DNA of 64,000 nucleotides. It comes from Dehalococcoidia bacterium. Its GTDB lineage: Bacteria > Chloroflexota > Dehalococcoidia > Bin125. Position 1 is the first letter of the stretch, and the number at the start of each line of letters is the position of its first letter. A program made the position numbers and the translations under genes. The notes under the pieces were generated by a model, which saw only the letters and a list, made by a program, of their open reading frames with translations, ran no database searches and was not told the DNA's origin. Of the stretch, positions 17,836-27,360 are shown piece by piece. Location of the stretch: assembly GCA_963555985.3 (NCBI GenBank), contig OY820591.1, forward strand, positions 896,001 through 960,000, in the 5' to 3' direction.

Positions 17836-19731
17836 TTATCCGGGCACGGACGCATCCCCAGGACGACGAAACGCGAACCCGCCCGAGCCACCGCCAAATC
17901 CGCTCTCAACCGTCCTAGCGGTTGGGAGCAACGCTGAATTGACGATTGGCAACAGCAGCCTTGACGCTCGTTCGCCGCCGGTGGTGATGGTGAGGGTTGC
18001 TTGGTCTCCCTGGGTGGGGACGACGAGGTTGTCGGCGTCGGCGGCGGCGATGGTGAGGCGGATGCGTTCGCCGGCGCGGATGATGCCGGAGACGGGGTAG
18101 AGCTCGAGGCGTACGTTCATCGTTTCGCCCGGGTTGACGGGGGCGAGATCGGCCTTGCTCCAGCTGTGCCAGACGGGGCCTTCGTGACCGCCCGGATCGT
18201 CGGTTGGGCGGCGGTAGGCGAAGTTGATGAAGCCCTCGCTGAGGTAGGCGGCGTTGCCGTCGGGCGCGAGTTGTTCGAGCGTGGCCACGACTGCGCCGCG
18301 ATCGGAGGTCGTAGAGACTTCCAGTTCGAGCGCGGGCCAGCCCGTGATCTCGATGTCTTCGCTGAGCGGCTCGCTGGTGAAGCTGAGGCAGCGCTCGGCG
18401 CGTGCATTGAGGTCTGGCGTGTTGATGTAGAGGTCGTCGACGTAGTAGCTGTGGCGGCTCATCGTGCCCAGGCTGACCTCGTGGTCTACGTCATAATCCA
18501 GCGTCTCCGCTTGGGCAGGCGTGGTCTGGCTGAGGCCGCCGTCGGCGGTCAACCAGTGGCTGCGGTAGCGCGCTTCGGGCAGGGGCAGGCGCGGGGCGGA
18601 CTTCCAGATGGTTGCGCCCGAGGGTTCGCTCGCGCCGTAGTGGACGGGCGGCTCGTCCATGATCCCATTGTCGATCTCCTTGAGCCAGTAGTCGAACCAA
18701 CGCAGCAGTTCGGGGTCGCCGCCTTGTCCGTGGTTCCAGGGACCCACGATCAGCTTCTTGGGCAGGTCGAGTCGGTTAAAGGCGTCGATCAGGTAGCCCG
18801 GGAAGGTGAGGTCCCACCAGCCGGTGACGATGTAAGTGGGCACACCGCTCTGGTTGATGATGTCGGTGGAGTTGATCCAGCCGCTGGCGACTTCGCCGAG
18901 GCCCAGGTCGGGGCGCGCGCGGCGGCGGTTGATGCCGTCGTAGGAGGACATGCGGGTCACGTCGCGGGGGTCCATCTCGGAGAAGGTCTCGACCCAGCGG
19001 TAGCGGTCGGATGAGCGCTCGGACTCGGCCTCCGTTCGCAGGCGTTCTCCGTCGGTACCGTCGACCGGGGCGGCGGGCTCGTTCTCCGACATGCCCTTGT
19101 GCAGCCCTTCCCAGACGCGGGCGAAGCTGCTGATCGCGAGGCCGCCGTCGACGTAGCACTGGGGCAGGCCGGGGTATTGCGGTGCGATGCACTTCAGACC
19201 CTCGGGACGGTGTGCGGCGGTGAAGAATTGCATCATGCCCTCGTAGGAGATTCCGACCATTCCGACCCGTCCCGACGACCACGTTTGGGCGCAGATCCAG
19301 TCGATCACGGCGGCCAGGTCTTGCCCGGCCAGCCAGGAGTCGCCGTACTCGGTACCGAACGAGGCTCCGGTACCGCGAATATCGACTGAGACGAAGTGGT
19401 AGCCGTGGTGAATCAGCTCGCGCGCAATCGGGCGCTCTTCGTATTGCGTGACCAGCTCGCCCGGCTCCAGCCCGCTCAGCTCTCTCGCATAGCGGGCTGC
19501 CGTTCCGCTGCTGACAGTCGAAATCTCGAAGGAGCGCCGGTAGGGGGTCGCGTGGAGCACGGTCGGCAGCGGCTCCTGGAGCGGTTCGCCGTTTCGCGTC
19601 GGATGCAGCGCATCGACCGCGATCCGGCAGCCGTCGCGCATGGTCACATAGACCGATTCGCGCGCGTAGCCGTCGGCGACGATCTCGGTGTAGTGCTCGT
19701 AGACGCCAAGCAGTGATCGCTTGTTGGTCAT
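17836..19731 (-). CDS. CocE/NonD family hydrolase
   Basis: MRDGCRIAVD, TPYRR, DIRGTGASFG, GISYEG and GPWNH motifs. Confidence 0.9.
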   Translation of the reverse strand: MTNKRSLLGVYEHYTEIVADGYARESVYVTMRDGCRIAVDALHPTRNGEPLQEPLPTVLHATPYRRSFEISTVSSGTAARYARELSGLEPGELVTQYEERPIARELIHHGYHFVSVDIRGTGASFGTEYGDSWLAGQDLAAVIDWICAQTWSSGRVGMVGISYEGMMQFFTAAHRPEGLKCIAPQYPGLPQCYVDGGLAISSFARVWEGLHKGMSENEPAAPVDGTDGERLRTEAESERSSDRYRWVETFSEMDPRDVTRMSSYDGINRRRARPDLGLGEVASGWINSTDIINQSGVPTYIVTGWWDLTFPGYLIDAFNRLDLPKKLIVGPWNHGQGGDPELLRWFDYWLKEIDNGIMDEPPVHYGASEPSGATIWKSAPRLPLPEARYRSHWLTADGGLSQTTPAQAETLDYDVDHEVSLGTMSRHSYYVDDLYINTPDLNARAERCLSFTSEPLSEDIEITGWPALELEVSTTSDRGAVVATLEQLAPDGNAAYLSEGFINFAYRRPTDDPGGHEGPVWHSWSKADLAPVNPGETMNVRLELYPVSGIIRAGERIRLTIAAADADNLVVPTQGDQATLTITTGGERASRLLLPIVNSALLPTARTVESGFGGGSGGFAFRRPGDASVPG

Positions 19732-19853
19732 CGCTTCCCTCGAAACCGCGCGAACGCGCTTGGTCGGATTGATAGGCTCAAGACTGATCCTAGAGTCATC
19801 AACGGGATTGCGCTGGCGTCGGAGACGCCGATCTGGAACGGACAGGAAGCACG

Positions 19854-20255
19854 ATGAGCGAGTTGCGAGAGTCTTTGACCGGCCAGGAGCGTCGGACGCT
19901 GCTCAGCGACCTTCGGGTCTCGAACGAGCTCGGCTACATCTACCGCCGGCTGCTGGAGTCCTGCCTGGTGCGGGCCGACGCGTCGGACGAGGAAGTGATC
20001 GAGATGAACGTCCTGCTGACGGCGGTGATCGCCGCGCAGGTGCGGCTCAACGCGACGATCAGCGAACTGATGGAAGAGGTCGAGCCGGACGCGGTGAAGG
20101 CCTTGCTGCCCAAGGAGATCGTGCCGCTCAACGACGAGGAGAACGATCCCGAGGCGGAGGGTCTGCGCAAGCAGTTGCTCGAGCTCGCTGACTCGCTGGC
20201 GCCGCTGCGTCACAAGCTGTTGTCGATCGGCGAGGCGTTTGGCGACCGACCTTGA
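19854..20255 (+). CDS. Hypothetical alpha-helical protein
   Basis: 133-aa ORF with AGGA RBS and typical codon usage. Confidence 0.65.
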   Translation: MSELRESLTGQERRTLLSDLRVSNELGYIYRRLLESCLVRADASDEEVIEMNVLLTAVIAAQVRLNATISELMEEVEPDAVKALLPKEIVPLNDEENDPEAEGLRKQLLELADSLAPLRHKLLSIGEAFGDRP

Positions 20256-20329
20256 CTCCCTTTCACTCCGCTGCCGCTTCGGTACGCTAGGCGTCAAGCG
20301 GACGCCGCAGCGACCGAGGAGAGCGGATC

Positions 20330-21625
20330 ATGACGACGATGACGAGCGGACTCGATCAGATCGACCTGATCAATTCCCGACGTTATGCAGAGGAGGGTTA
20401 TCCGTACGAAGACTGGGCCCTTCTACGCCGCGAAGCGCCGGTCTACCGCTACGAACGCCCCGGCGTGTCGCCCTTCTGGGCGATCACCAAGTACCACGAC
20501 ATCCAGCGCATCTCGCGCGATCCACACACGTTTTCGAGCGTGGTGCAGCTCTTCATCATCGAGCGTGATCCCGAGCGCGAGCATGAGCCGGCCCAGGCCG
20601 ACGAACCCGGCGAGTCGGACAACTCGGCCTCTCAGCTCATGATCAACATGGATCCGCCCGAGCATGGGCAGTATCGGGGGATCGTCAACCGGCGTTTCAG
20701 CCCGCGCGGGATGCGGGTGCTCGAAGATCGGATCGATGAGATCGCGGCTGGCGTCGTTGACCGCGCCGCTGCGCGGATCGTGGAGGAGATCGCTCCCCGC
20801 GGCCGGGTTGATTTCGTGACTGAGGTCGCCGCGCAGTTGCCCCTGGCCGCGATCGGCGAACTGCTCGGTGTGCCCCGTGAACGCTGGGACGACATGTTCC
20901 GCTGGACGAACGAAATCATCGGCGCTGCCGATCCTGAGTATCAGGACGGCCGCAGCGCCGCTGAGACCGCGAGCCAGGCGAATCAGAATCTGATTGAGTA
21001 TTTTGCGCTGCTCGCCGAGCAAAAGCGTCGGGAGCCCGGGGACGATCTGATGACCACGATCGTCCAGGCCGAGCTCGAGGGCGAACCGTTGCCCGCCGCT
21101 GATGTCATTGCCTACGGGTTCCTGCTGATCATCGCCGGCAACGAAACCACCCGCAACGCCACTTCGGGCGGGATGCTCGCGCTGATCGAGCACCCCGATC
21201 AGCTCGCGCGGCTTCGTGCGAATCCGCAGTTGCTGGAGAGTGCGGTCGAAGAGATTTTGCGCTGGACTTCGCCGGTGACGCATATGGCTCGTCGCGTCAC
21301 TCGCGACACCGAAATCGGCGGTCAGCGTATTGCCGAGGGTGAGCTCGTGGCGATGTGGTATCCATCGGCTAACCGCGACGAAGACATCTTTGAGCAGCCT
21401 GATCTATTCGATATTGGCCGGTCGCCGAATGAGCATCTGGCCTTCGGCGGCTTTGGCGAGCACTTTTGCCTGGGCGCCAATCTTGCGCGGCTGGAGCTGC
21501 GTTCGATCTTCCGTCATATCCTCGCGTGTCTCGACGAGATCGAACTGGATGGGGAGGTCGAGCGCCTCCGCTCGGGAATCGTCGGTGGAATCAAGCATCT
21601 GCCGATCAGCTTCAGGCCTCGCTGA
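20330..21625 (+). CDS. Cytochrome P450 (CYP124/125/142-like)
   Basis: MDPPEH, AGNETTRN, EEILR and HFCLG motifs. Confidence 0.93.
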   Translation: MTTMTSGLDQIDLINSRRYAEEGYPYEDWALLRREAPVYRYERPGVSPFWAITKYHDIQRISRDPHTFSSVVQLFIIERDPEREHEPAQADEPGESDNSASQLMINMDPPEHGQYRGIVNRRFSPRGMRVLEDRIDEIAAGVVDRAAARIVEEIAPRGRVDFVTEVAAQLPLAAIGELLGVPRERWDDMFRWTNEIIGAADPEYQDGRSAAETASQANQNLIEYFALLAEQKRREPGDDLMTTIVQAELEGEPLPAADVIAYGFLLIIAGNETTRNATSGGMLALIEHPDQLARLRANPQLLESAVEEILRWTSPVTHMARRVTRDTEIGGQRIAEGELVAMWYPSANRDEDIFEQPDLFDIGRSPNEHLAFGGFGEHFCLGANLARLELRSIFRHILACLDEIELDGEVERLRSGIVGGIKHLPISFRPR

Positions 21626-21697
21626 GTTCGGTCGTCCGGTTTAGTTCGATACTCTGAACTCAAGCAGCTGAGGTGCTGCGTCGGAGGGGAGCGAACC

Positions 21698-22969
21698 ATG
21701 ACGACGATGGCGAGCGCACTCGATCAGGTCGACCTGGTGACTCCCGCGCGATACGCCGAGCACGGCTATCCTTGGGAAGACTGGGCCGCGCTGCGCCGTG
21801 AAGCGCCGGTCTATTGGTACGACCGTCCCGGCGTCGCGCCGTTCTGGGCGATCACGAAGTACGAAGATATTCAGCGCATCTCGCGCGATCCGGAGACGTT
21901 CATCAGCAGCCGGCGGCTGGTGATCCGATCGGCCGGCGCGGGTGACGGGGGCGCGAACGATCCGACGCTGACGGTTCCGAACTTGATCAACATGGACCCG
22001 CCCGAGCATGGGAAGTACCGCTCGGCGACGAATCGGCGCTTCTCGCCGCGGGGGATGCGGCTGCTGGAAGATCGGATCGACGAGATCGCCGAAGAGGTGA
22101 TTGACGAGGCGGCGGCGCATCTGGTGAACCAGTTGACGGATCGGCGCGAGGCGGATTTCGTGCGCGACGTTGCGGCGAAGATGCCGATGGCGGCGATCTG
22201 CGAGTTGCTTGCGGTGGAGCGTGAGTCGTGGGAGGACATCTTCCGCTGGACGAACGAGTTCATCGGCTCAGAGGACCCTGAGTATCAGCAGGGACGCACG
22301 CGCCGCGAGACCTGGCAAGACGGGATGCGCGGTCTGATGGGCTATTTCACGGCGCAGATCGAGCGCAAACGCCGCGAACCCGATGAGAGCGTGATGACCA
22401 CGCTGGTGCAGGCTGAGATCGACGGCGAGCCAATGGCCGATCAGGAGATCCTGTCGTACGCGATCCTGCTGATTCTGGCGGGCAATGAGACGACGCGGAA
22501 TGCGACCTCGGGTGGGATGCAGGCGCTGATCGAGTACCCGGAGCAGTATGCGCGTCTGCAGGCTGAGCCTGAGTTGCTCGACAGCGCGGTGGAGGAGATG
22601 CTGCGCTGGACTTCGCCGGTGGTGCATTTTGCGCGCACGGTGACGGAGGATACGGAGATTCGAGGCGTGCCGATCCAAGCCGGCGAGACGCTGGCGATGT
22701 GGTATCCCTCGGCCAATCGCGACGAGGAAGTCTTCGACGAGCCGGACATCTTCGACATCGCCCGCTCGCCGAACGAACACTTGGCCTTCGGCGGGTTTGG
22801 CGAGCACTTTTGCCTCGGCGCGAACCTCGCACGGTTGGAGATGCGTTTCGTCTTCCGTCATCTGCTCAGGCGACTGGACGATTTTCGGGTTGACGGTGAG
22901 ATCGAACGGCTGTCCTCGGGGCTGATCGGCGGGATCAAGCGTTTGCCGATCACGTATACGGTGCGATAG
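21698..22969 (+). CDS. Cytochrome P450, tandem paralog
   Basis: Same motifs; shares long identical peptides with the upstream P450. Confidence 0.93.
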   Translation: MTTMASALDQVDLVTPARYAEHGYPWEDWAALRREAPVYWYDRPGVAPFWAITKYEDIQRISRDPETFISSRRLVIRSAGAGDGGANDPTLTVPNLINMDPPEHGKYRSATNRRFSPRGMRLLEDRIDEIAEEVIDEAAAHLVNQLTDRREADFVRDVAAKMPMAAICELLAVERESWEDIFRWTNEFIGSEDPEYQQGRTRRETWQDGMRGLMGYFTAQIERKRREPDESVMTTLVQAEIDGEPMADQEILSYAILLILAGNETTRNATSGGMQALIEYPEQYARLQAEPELLDSAVEEMLRWTSPVVHFARTVTEDTEIRGVPIQAGETLAMWYPSANRDEEVFDEPDIFDIARSPNEHLAFGGFGEHFCLGANLARLEMRFVFRHLLRRLDDFRVDGEIERLSSGLIGGIKRLPITYTVR

Positions 22970-23052
22970 GTCGTTCCGGCTTCAGGTCTCGGCGCTAGAC
23001 TCACGTCCGCCGGCACTCTCTACACAGCAGATCGAATATCAGGAGCTTGGAT

Positions 23053-23817
23053 ATGCCTAGCGAAATCGTAGGGGTGGCGATTGAGGGGGCGGTGCGGACA
23101 GTGACGCTGAATCGTCCGGAGAAGCGGAATGCGCTGAACAGCGAGATGTTGACAGAGCTTCACGCCGCTTTCAGCGGGGAGCCGGGGGGCGATGAGCGGG
23201 TGGCGGTGATTCGCGCGGAGGGGCCGGTGTTCTGCGCGGGGCTTGACCTGCGTGAGCGCGAGGAAGGTCTGCCCGGCGGCGAGGTGTCGATTGAGCAGAT
23301 GCTGGATGCGATTCAGCACTGGCCGCTGCCGGTGGTGGCGGTGGTGCAAGGCGACGCGATTGCGGGCGGCAATGAGTTGGCATTGCACTGCGATTTTGTG
23401 GTTGCTTCGACTGCGGCTCGGTTTGGAATGTCGCTGGCTCAGATTGGGCTCGCGCCCAGTTGGTTTTTGGCGAAGAAGTTGTTGGAGGTGGCGGGACCGG
23501 TCGTGACGCGCGAGATTTTGCTGCTGGGCGATCCGTTGCCGGCGGCGCGGATGCACGAGTACGGCATGATCGCGCGGGCGGCGAATCCTGAGTCGTTGGA
23601 GGAGGCGGCGGGGGCGATTGTGGATCGTCTGAGCCGGAATGCGCCGTTGAGTCTGCGGGCGATGAAGGCGCTGATCGTGCGCGAGATGGATTTCCGGGAT
23701 CACATTGCGCACGAGGATGTGGACGAGCTGGTGCGGAGGGCGCGTGAGTCGCAGGATGCGCGGGAGGGCATCCGGGCGCTGTTCGAGCGGCGGCCGGCGG
23801 CGTTTCGGGGGGAGTAA
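23053..23817 (+). CDS. Enoyl-CoA hydratase/isomerase family protein
   Basis: LNRPEKRNAL, FCAGLDL and AIAGGNELALHCD motifs. Confidence 0.9.
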   Translation: MPSEIVGVAIEGAVRTVTLNRPEKRNALNSEMLTELHAAFSGEPGGDERVAVIRAEGPVFCAGLDLREREEGLPGGEVSIEQMLDAIQHWPLPVVAVVQGDAIAGGNELALHCDFVVASTAARFGMSLAQIGLAPSWFLAKKLLEVAGPVVTREILLLGDPLPAARMHEYGMIARAANPESLEEAAGAIVDRLSRNAPLSLRAMKALIVREMDFRDHIAHEDVDELVRRARESQDAREGIRALFERRPAAFRGE

Positions 23818-23821
23818 GGTT

Positions 23822-23878
23822 CTCTGCCCCTTGTTCAGGCCAGGGGCAGGCTGCGGCTTCTCCCCCTCAAGGGGGAGA
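23822..23878. repeat. REP-like family A with nested hairpin
   Basis: CTGCCCCTTGTTCAGGCCAGGGGCAGGCT then TCTCCCCCTCAAGGGGGAGA. Confidence 0.7.
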
Positions 23879-24352
23879 TTGATTGCGGCGCTCGCTGGCG
23901 TTGTCGCGCCATTCGACGAGGCCGTAGGTGCCTCTGGCGGGGCGGTAGAGGCGGGGGTCGTCGAAGTACCTAGCTAGGAGGGTGCCGGCCGGGTCTTTGC
24001 CGCCGACTTGCACGCCAGCTTGGACGAGGCGCTGGTGGATGTCCCGATAGTGGATAGGCTGGCCGTGTTCACGCAGCAAGGCTACGACTCGGTCTGCGTC
24101 GGTGGAGCCGTCGGGGGGCTGGATTCTGCGGACGCGCTGCGGGGCGCTCGTTTGAGCTTGCGGGGGCGAGGCTGGCAGCGGGGATTTTCCGAGCAGAGCG
24201 CGGAGATGGTCGATCTGGGGAGTGATCTGGGCGCGTTCGGCGGAGATGGCGGCGAGCCGTTGGTCCAGTTCCCTGAGTTCCGCTTCCAGCCTATCCAGCT
24301 CCTTGTTGGCGCAGGATTGGAATCCCTCGCTCAGCTTGCAATCGCTTGGCAT
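23867..24352 (-). CDS. Coiled-coil plus HARE-type winged-helix protein
   Basis: N-terminal heptads; LLREHGQPIHYRDI...RGTYGLVEW; AAGGA RBS. Confidence 0.65.
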   Translation of the reverse strand: MPSDCKLSEGFQSCANKELDRLEAELRELDQRLAAISAERAQITPQIDHLRALLGKSPLPASPPQAQTSAPQRVRRIQPPDGSTDADRVVALLREHGQPIHYRDIHQRLVQAGVQVGGKDPAGTLLARYFDDPRLYRPARGTYGLVEWRDNASERRNQSPP

Positions 24353-24483
24353 GACTGGTTCCTTTCTTGCATTGGCAAGATAATCGGATTGTTGGGAAAT
24401 GGCAATCCACATCAATGGATTTCGCGTTCACAATGTATGCAGATTTATATTGATCTTGAATGATTGGTTTCTTCTGGGCGCTT

Positions 24484-25245
24484 CTATAGGGTTGCGCCGC
24501 CGTCGACGGTGATGGTCTGGCCGGTGACGAAGACATTGCGCTCGATCAGGGCGACGATGGCGTCGGCGCAAGTTTCGGGGGTGGCGACGCCGCGCAGGGG
24601 CGCGGTTGCGGTGAGGCGGGAGCGTCCAGCCTCGTAGGTGTCCTCGCCGAGTCCGCCGCGCAGCCAGCGGCCCTCGATGAAGCCTGGGGCGATGGTGTTG
24701 ATGCGGATTTCGGGTCCGAGGACGCGGGCGAGGGACTTGGTGATGACGTTGACGCCGGCTTTGGAGGCGGCGTAGGGGATGCAGGAACCGCCGCCGCCGG
24801 CTCCGGCGACGGAGGAAACGTTGACGATGGCGCCTTCGCCGGCGGCGCGCATGTGGGGAGCGGCGGCGCGGGCGCAGTTGAAGACGCCGCGCAGGTTTGC
24901 GCCGATGATGTCGTCCCAGACCTCGTCGGTGACCGCTTCGAGGTCATCGTGGGGGATGAAGTGGGTCATGCCGGCGTTGTTGACGAGGATGTGGAGCGCG
25001 CCGAACTGGTCAACGGCGGACTGGATCAGCTTGCGGCAATCAGCGTCGGAGCGGGTGTCGGCTTGGACGGCGATCGCTGCGCCGCCGGCTGTTTGGATCT
25101 CGTCAACGACTCGTTGTCCGGCCTCGGCGCCACGGAAGTAGTTGACGACCACCGACGCGCCCAGGGAGGCGAGGAGCTTGGCGGTGGCTTCGCCGACGCC
25201 TGAGGAGGAACCGGTGACGACTGCGACCTTGCCGTTGATGTTCAT
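24484..25245 (-). CDS. Short-chain dehydrogenase/reductase
   Basis: TGSSSGVG, NNAG and YAASK motifs. Confidence 0.93.
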   Translation of the reverse strand: MNINGKVAVVTGSSSGVGEATAKLLASLGASVVVNYFRGAEAGQRVVDEIQTAGGAAIAVQADTRSDADCRKLIQSAVDQFGALHILVNNAGMTHFIPHDDLEAVTDEVWDDIIGANLRGVFNCARAAAPHMRAAGEGAIVNVSSVAGAGGGGSCIPYAASKAGVNVITKSLARVLGPEIRINTIAPGFIEGRWLRGGLGEDTYEAGRSRLTATAPLRGVATPETCADAIVALIERNVFVTGQTITVDGGATL

Positions 25246-25346
25246 GGGGGTTGCTTTCTGCTGCTTAGATGGTGAGACCGCTCCGGTTGGAGCGGTCTCG
25301 GTCGTTCTGCGCCTGGATGGGCGCTGGGAGAGCGGTGGGGCGTTTC

Positions 25347-25390
25347 ACCCCCTCTGCCCCTTTGGGGCATCTCCCCCTCAAGGGGGAGAG
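25347..25390. repeat. REP-like family A
   Basis: CCCCTCTGCCCCTTTGGGGCATCTCCCCCTCAAGGGGGAGAG. Confidence 0.75.
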
Positions 25391-25406
25391 GGGAGGCCGG
25401 TATGGC

Positions 25407-26606
25407 TTAGTCGCCGCCGCCGGCTGCTGCTGCGGCGGCGAGGCCGGCGGGCATGGCTTCGGGGACTTCGATGTTGTAGAGCTTGGCGGAGTTCTCCCAG
25501 AGGATTTTGCGCTGCACGTCTTCGGGTTGTCCGCTGAGGCCGGATTCGATGGTCTCCTGGACGTTGCCGTAGAGGCAGGTGGGGTGGGGGAAGTCGGTCT
25601 CGAAGAGGATGTTGTCGGCGCCGATGTCGTCGATCAGCTTGCGCGGGGCGATCTTCTCGAACCAGTAGCAGGCGTAGACCTGACGGCGGAAGTAGTCGCT
25701 GGGCATCATCTCGAATTCGGGGCGGGCCTTGCGCACGTCGGCGGCGAGGAAGTGGTAGTCGCAGCTTTCGAGGCAGAAGGGGACCCAGCCGATGCCGGAC
25801 TCGACGGAGATGAACTTGAGCTCGGGGAAGCGGGGGAGGACGCCGGAGAGCAGCAGGTCGGTCATCTGGAGGCCGTTGGCCATGAAGAGGACGGTGCTGG
25901 TGCGGGCGTAGGTGACTTCGGGGCCGTCCACGGCGAGGCGTTCGGGGGTGAAGCCGTCGGTGAAGTCGCCGGAGCCGATGTGGAAGGAGATGGGCAGTCC
26001 GGTGTCGGTGGCGACGTTCCAGAGCGGGTCCCAGTGGTGGTCGCCGAGGAAGGGCTGGCCGTGAGACTGGGGGTCGCCGGTGAAGAGGATGCCGCGGATG
26101 CCTTTCTGGGCGACGCGCTCGATTTCCTTGACGGATTCTTCCACGTCCCAGAAGGGGATGGAGGCGTTGGCGACGAAGCGTTCGGGTGCGACGGAGATCC
26201 AGTCGATCTGGAAGTCGTTCCAGGCGCGGACGCATTCGAGCATGAGCTCGGGGTCTTTGAGGGAGAGGAAGCGCTGGGAGGCGAAGCCGGCCACGTTGGG
26301 GTAGAGCACCTGGGCGTAGACGCCGGTCTCGTCCATCAGCTTGAGCCGCTCGTGGACGTCGAAGGAGGCGGGGTGGGCTTCTTCGTAGGTTGGAGGCGAG
26401 CTGGGGAACTTGCCCTTCCAGCCGGCGAAGACGCCGGAGGGCGCGGCGGCGACTTTCTGGTCGCCGACGAACCAGGAGTTGATGCCCTTGTCGTCCTGCT
26501 TGACGTGGAGCACCATGTCGCCCCACTTGCTGGAGACGCGGGAAGTCCAGAGGTCGGCGGGTTCGGTGATGTGGGTGTCGGCGTCGATAAAGGTTTGGAA
26601 TGCCAT
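25407..26606 (-). CDS. Amidohydrolase family 2 protein
   Basis: IDADTH, FHIG, VESGIGW and FETDFPH motifs. Confidence 0.9.
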   Translation of the reverse strand: MAFQTFIDADTHITEPADLWTSRVSSKWGDMVLHVKQDDKGINSWFVGDQKVAAAPSGVFAGWKGKFPSSPPTYEEAHPASFDVHERLKLMDETGVYAQVLYPNVAGFASQRFLSLKDPELMLECVRAWNDFQIDWISVAPERFVANASIPFWDVEESVKEIERVAQKGIRGILFTGDPQSHGQPFLGDHHWDPLWNVATDTGLPISFHIGSGDFTDGFTPERLAVDGPEVTYARTSTVLFMANGLQMTDLLLSGVLPRFPELKFISVESGIGWVPFCLESCDYHFLAADVRKARPEFEMMPSDYFRRQVYACYWFEKIAPRKLIDDIGADNILFETDFPHPTCLYGNVQETIESGLSGQPEDVQRKILWENSAKLYNIEVPEAMPAGLAAAAAAGGGD

Positions 26607-26809
26607 CGGTGCTCCTTGTCTCAGGCGGTGCGGCAGTCGCGGGCGCCCCGTGCGGCGCGGGCGCGGGGCGGTTGGATGGGAATAGTGTAACTGCTGCGAC
26701 AGAGGGGCGGGGTTTGGATTGGGCACGGTAGGGACTGGGCGGTCGCGGTTCGCGGCCTGACGGGGGCTGTGAGAAAAAAACGAGGGGGTCGCCGCTTGCG
26801 GTCGGGGGA

Positions 26810-27175
26810 TTACTGCGGTTCTTCCTCTTCTTCGGCGCTTTGCTCGTCCTCGCTGAGGGGCACGTCTTCACCGCGCATCAAGGCGGCGGCCTGGGCGTGG
26901 ACCGAGTGCGGGTAGAGGTGGAAGTCCTTCTTTTGTTCAGGAGTGAGCGGGACTTCGGGCAGGCGAGGAGAGTGGTTGGGTTTGGGCTTGGGCGCGGGTT
27001 CGGGGTGGGGTGGGATGTCGAGGGCGTGGTGGATCTCTCGGGTCTTGGAGTTGGAGGGGGAGAGTTCGCGGATGAGGAGGGCGAGCGCTTTGATGCGGAC
27101 GTGGCCGGCTTCGTTGGAGTGGGCGAGTTGGCCGACGCCGGTCATGCTGGACTGGTAGGTGTGGGGGAAGGGCAT
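26810..27175 (-). CDS. Terminase small subunit-like protein, distant paralog of 9706-10050 (121 aa)
   Basis: VRIKALALLIREL helix; MRG..P plus acidic tail; same upstream region as 10050. Confidence 0.5.
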   Translation of the reverse strand: MPFPHTYQSSMTGVGQLAHSNEAGHVRIKALALLIRELSPSNSKTREIHHALDIPPHPEPAPKPKPNHSPRLPEVPLTPEQKKDFHLYPHSVHAQAAALMRGEDVPLSEDEQSAEEEEEPQ

Positions 27176-27186
27176 GGCGGGGTGTT

Positions 27187-27269
27187 CCTTTCTTGGGGAA
27201 TGCAGGACTCTTGAGCTTATATGGATGAATGTTCGGGTGGGTAATTTGGGAGTGTGTTGTGGTTGTCGG
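27187..27269 (-). promoter_or_regulatory. Conserved promoter, copy 2 (GAAC-N4-ATCC then TATAAG)
   Basis: Ungapped match to 10061-10143. Confidence 0.6.
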
Positions 27270-27289
27270 TTTGGGGGTTGGGTGCTGGT

Positions 27290-27329
27290 CACGGCGAGAT
27301 ACCCGCGACGGAGCGCGGGTATGACGGAG
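27290..27329. repeat. REP-like family B
   Basis: CACGGCGAGATACCCGCGACGGAGCGCGGGTATGACGGAG, identical to the copy at 10390. Confidence 0.8.
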
Positions 27330-27360
27330 CTCGTTGAGGCGGGTATGGCGGGGAGGGGTG

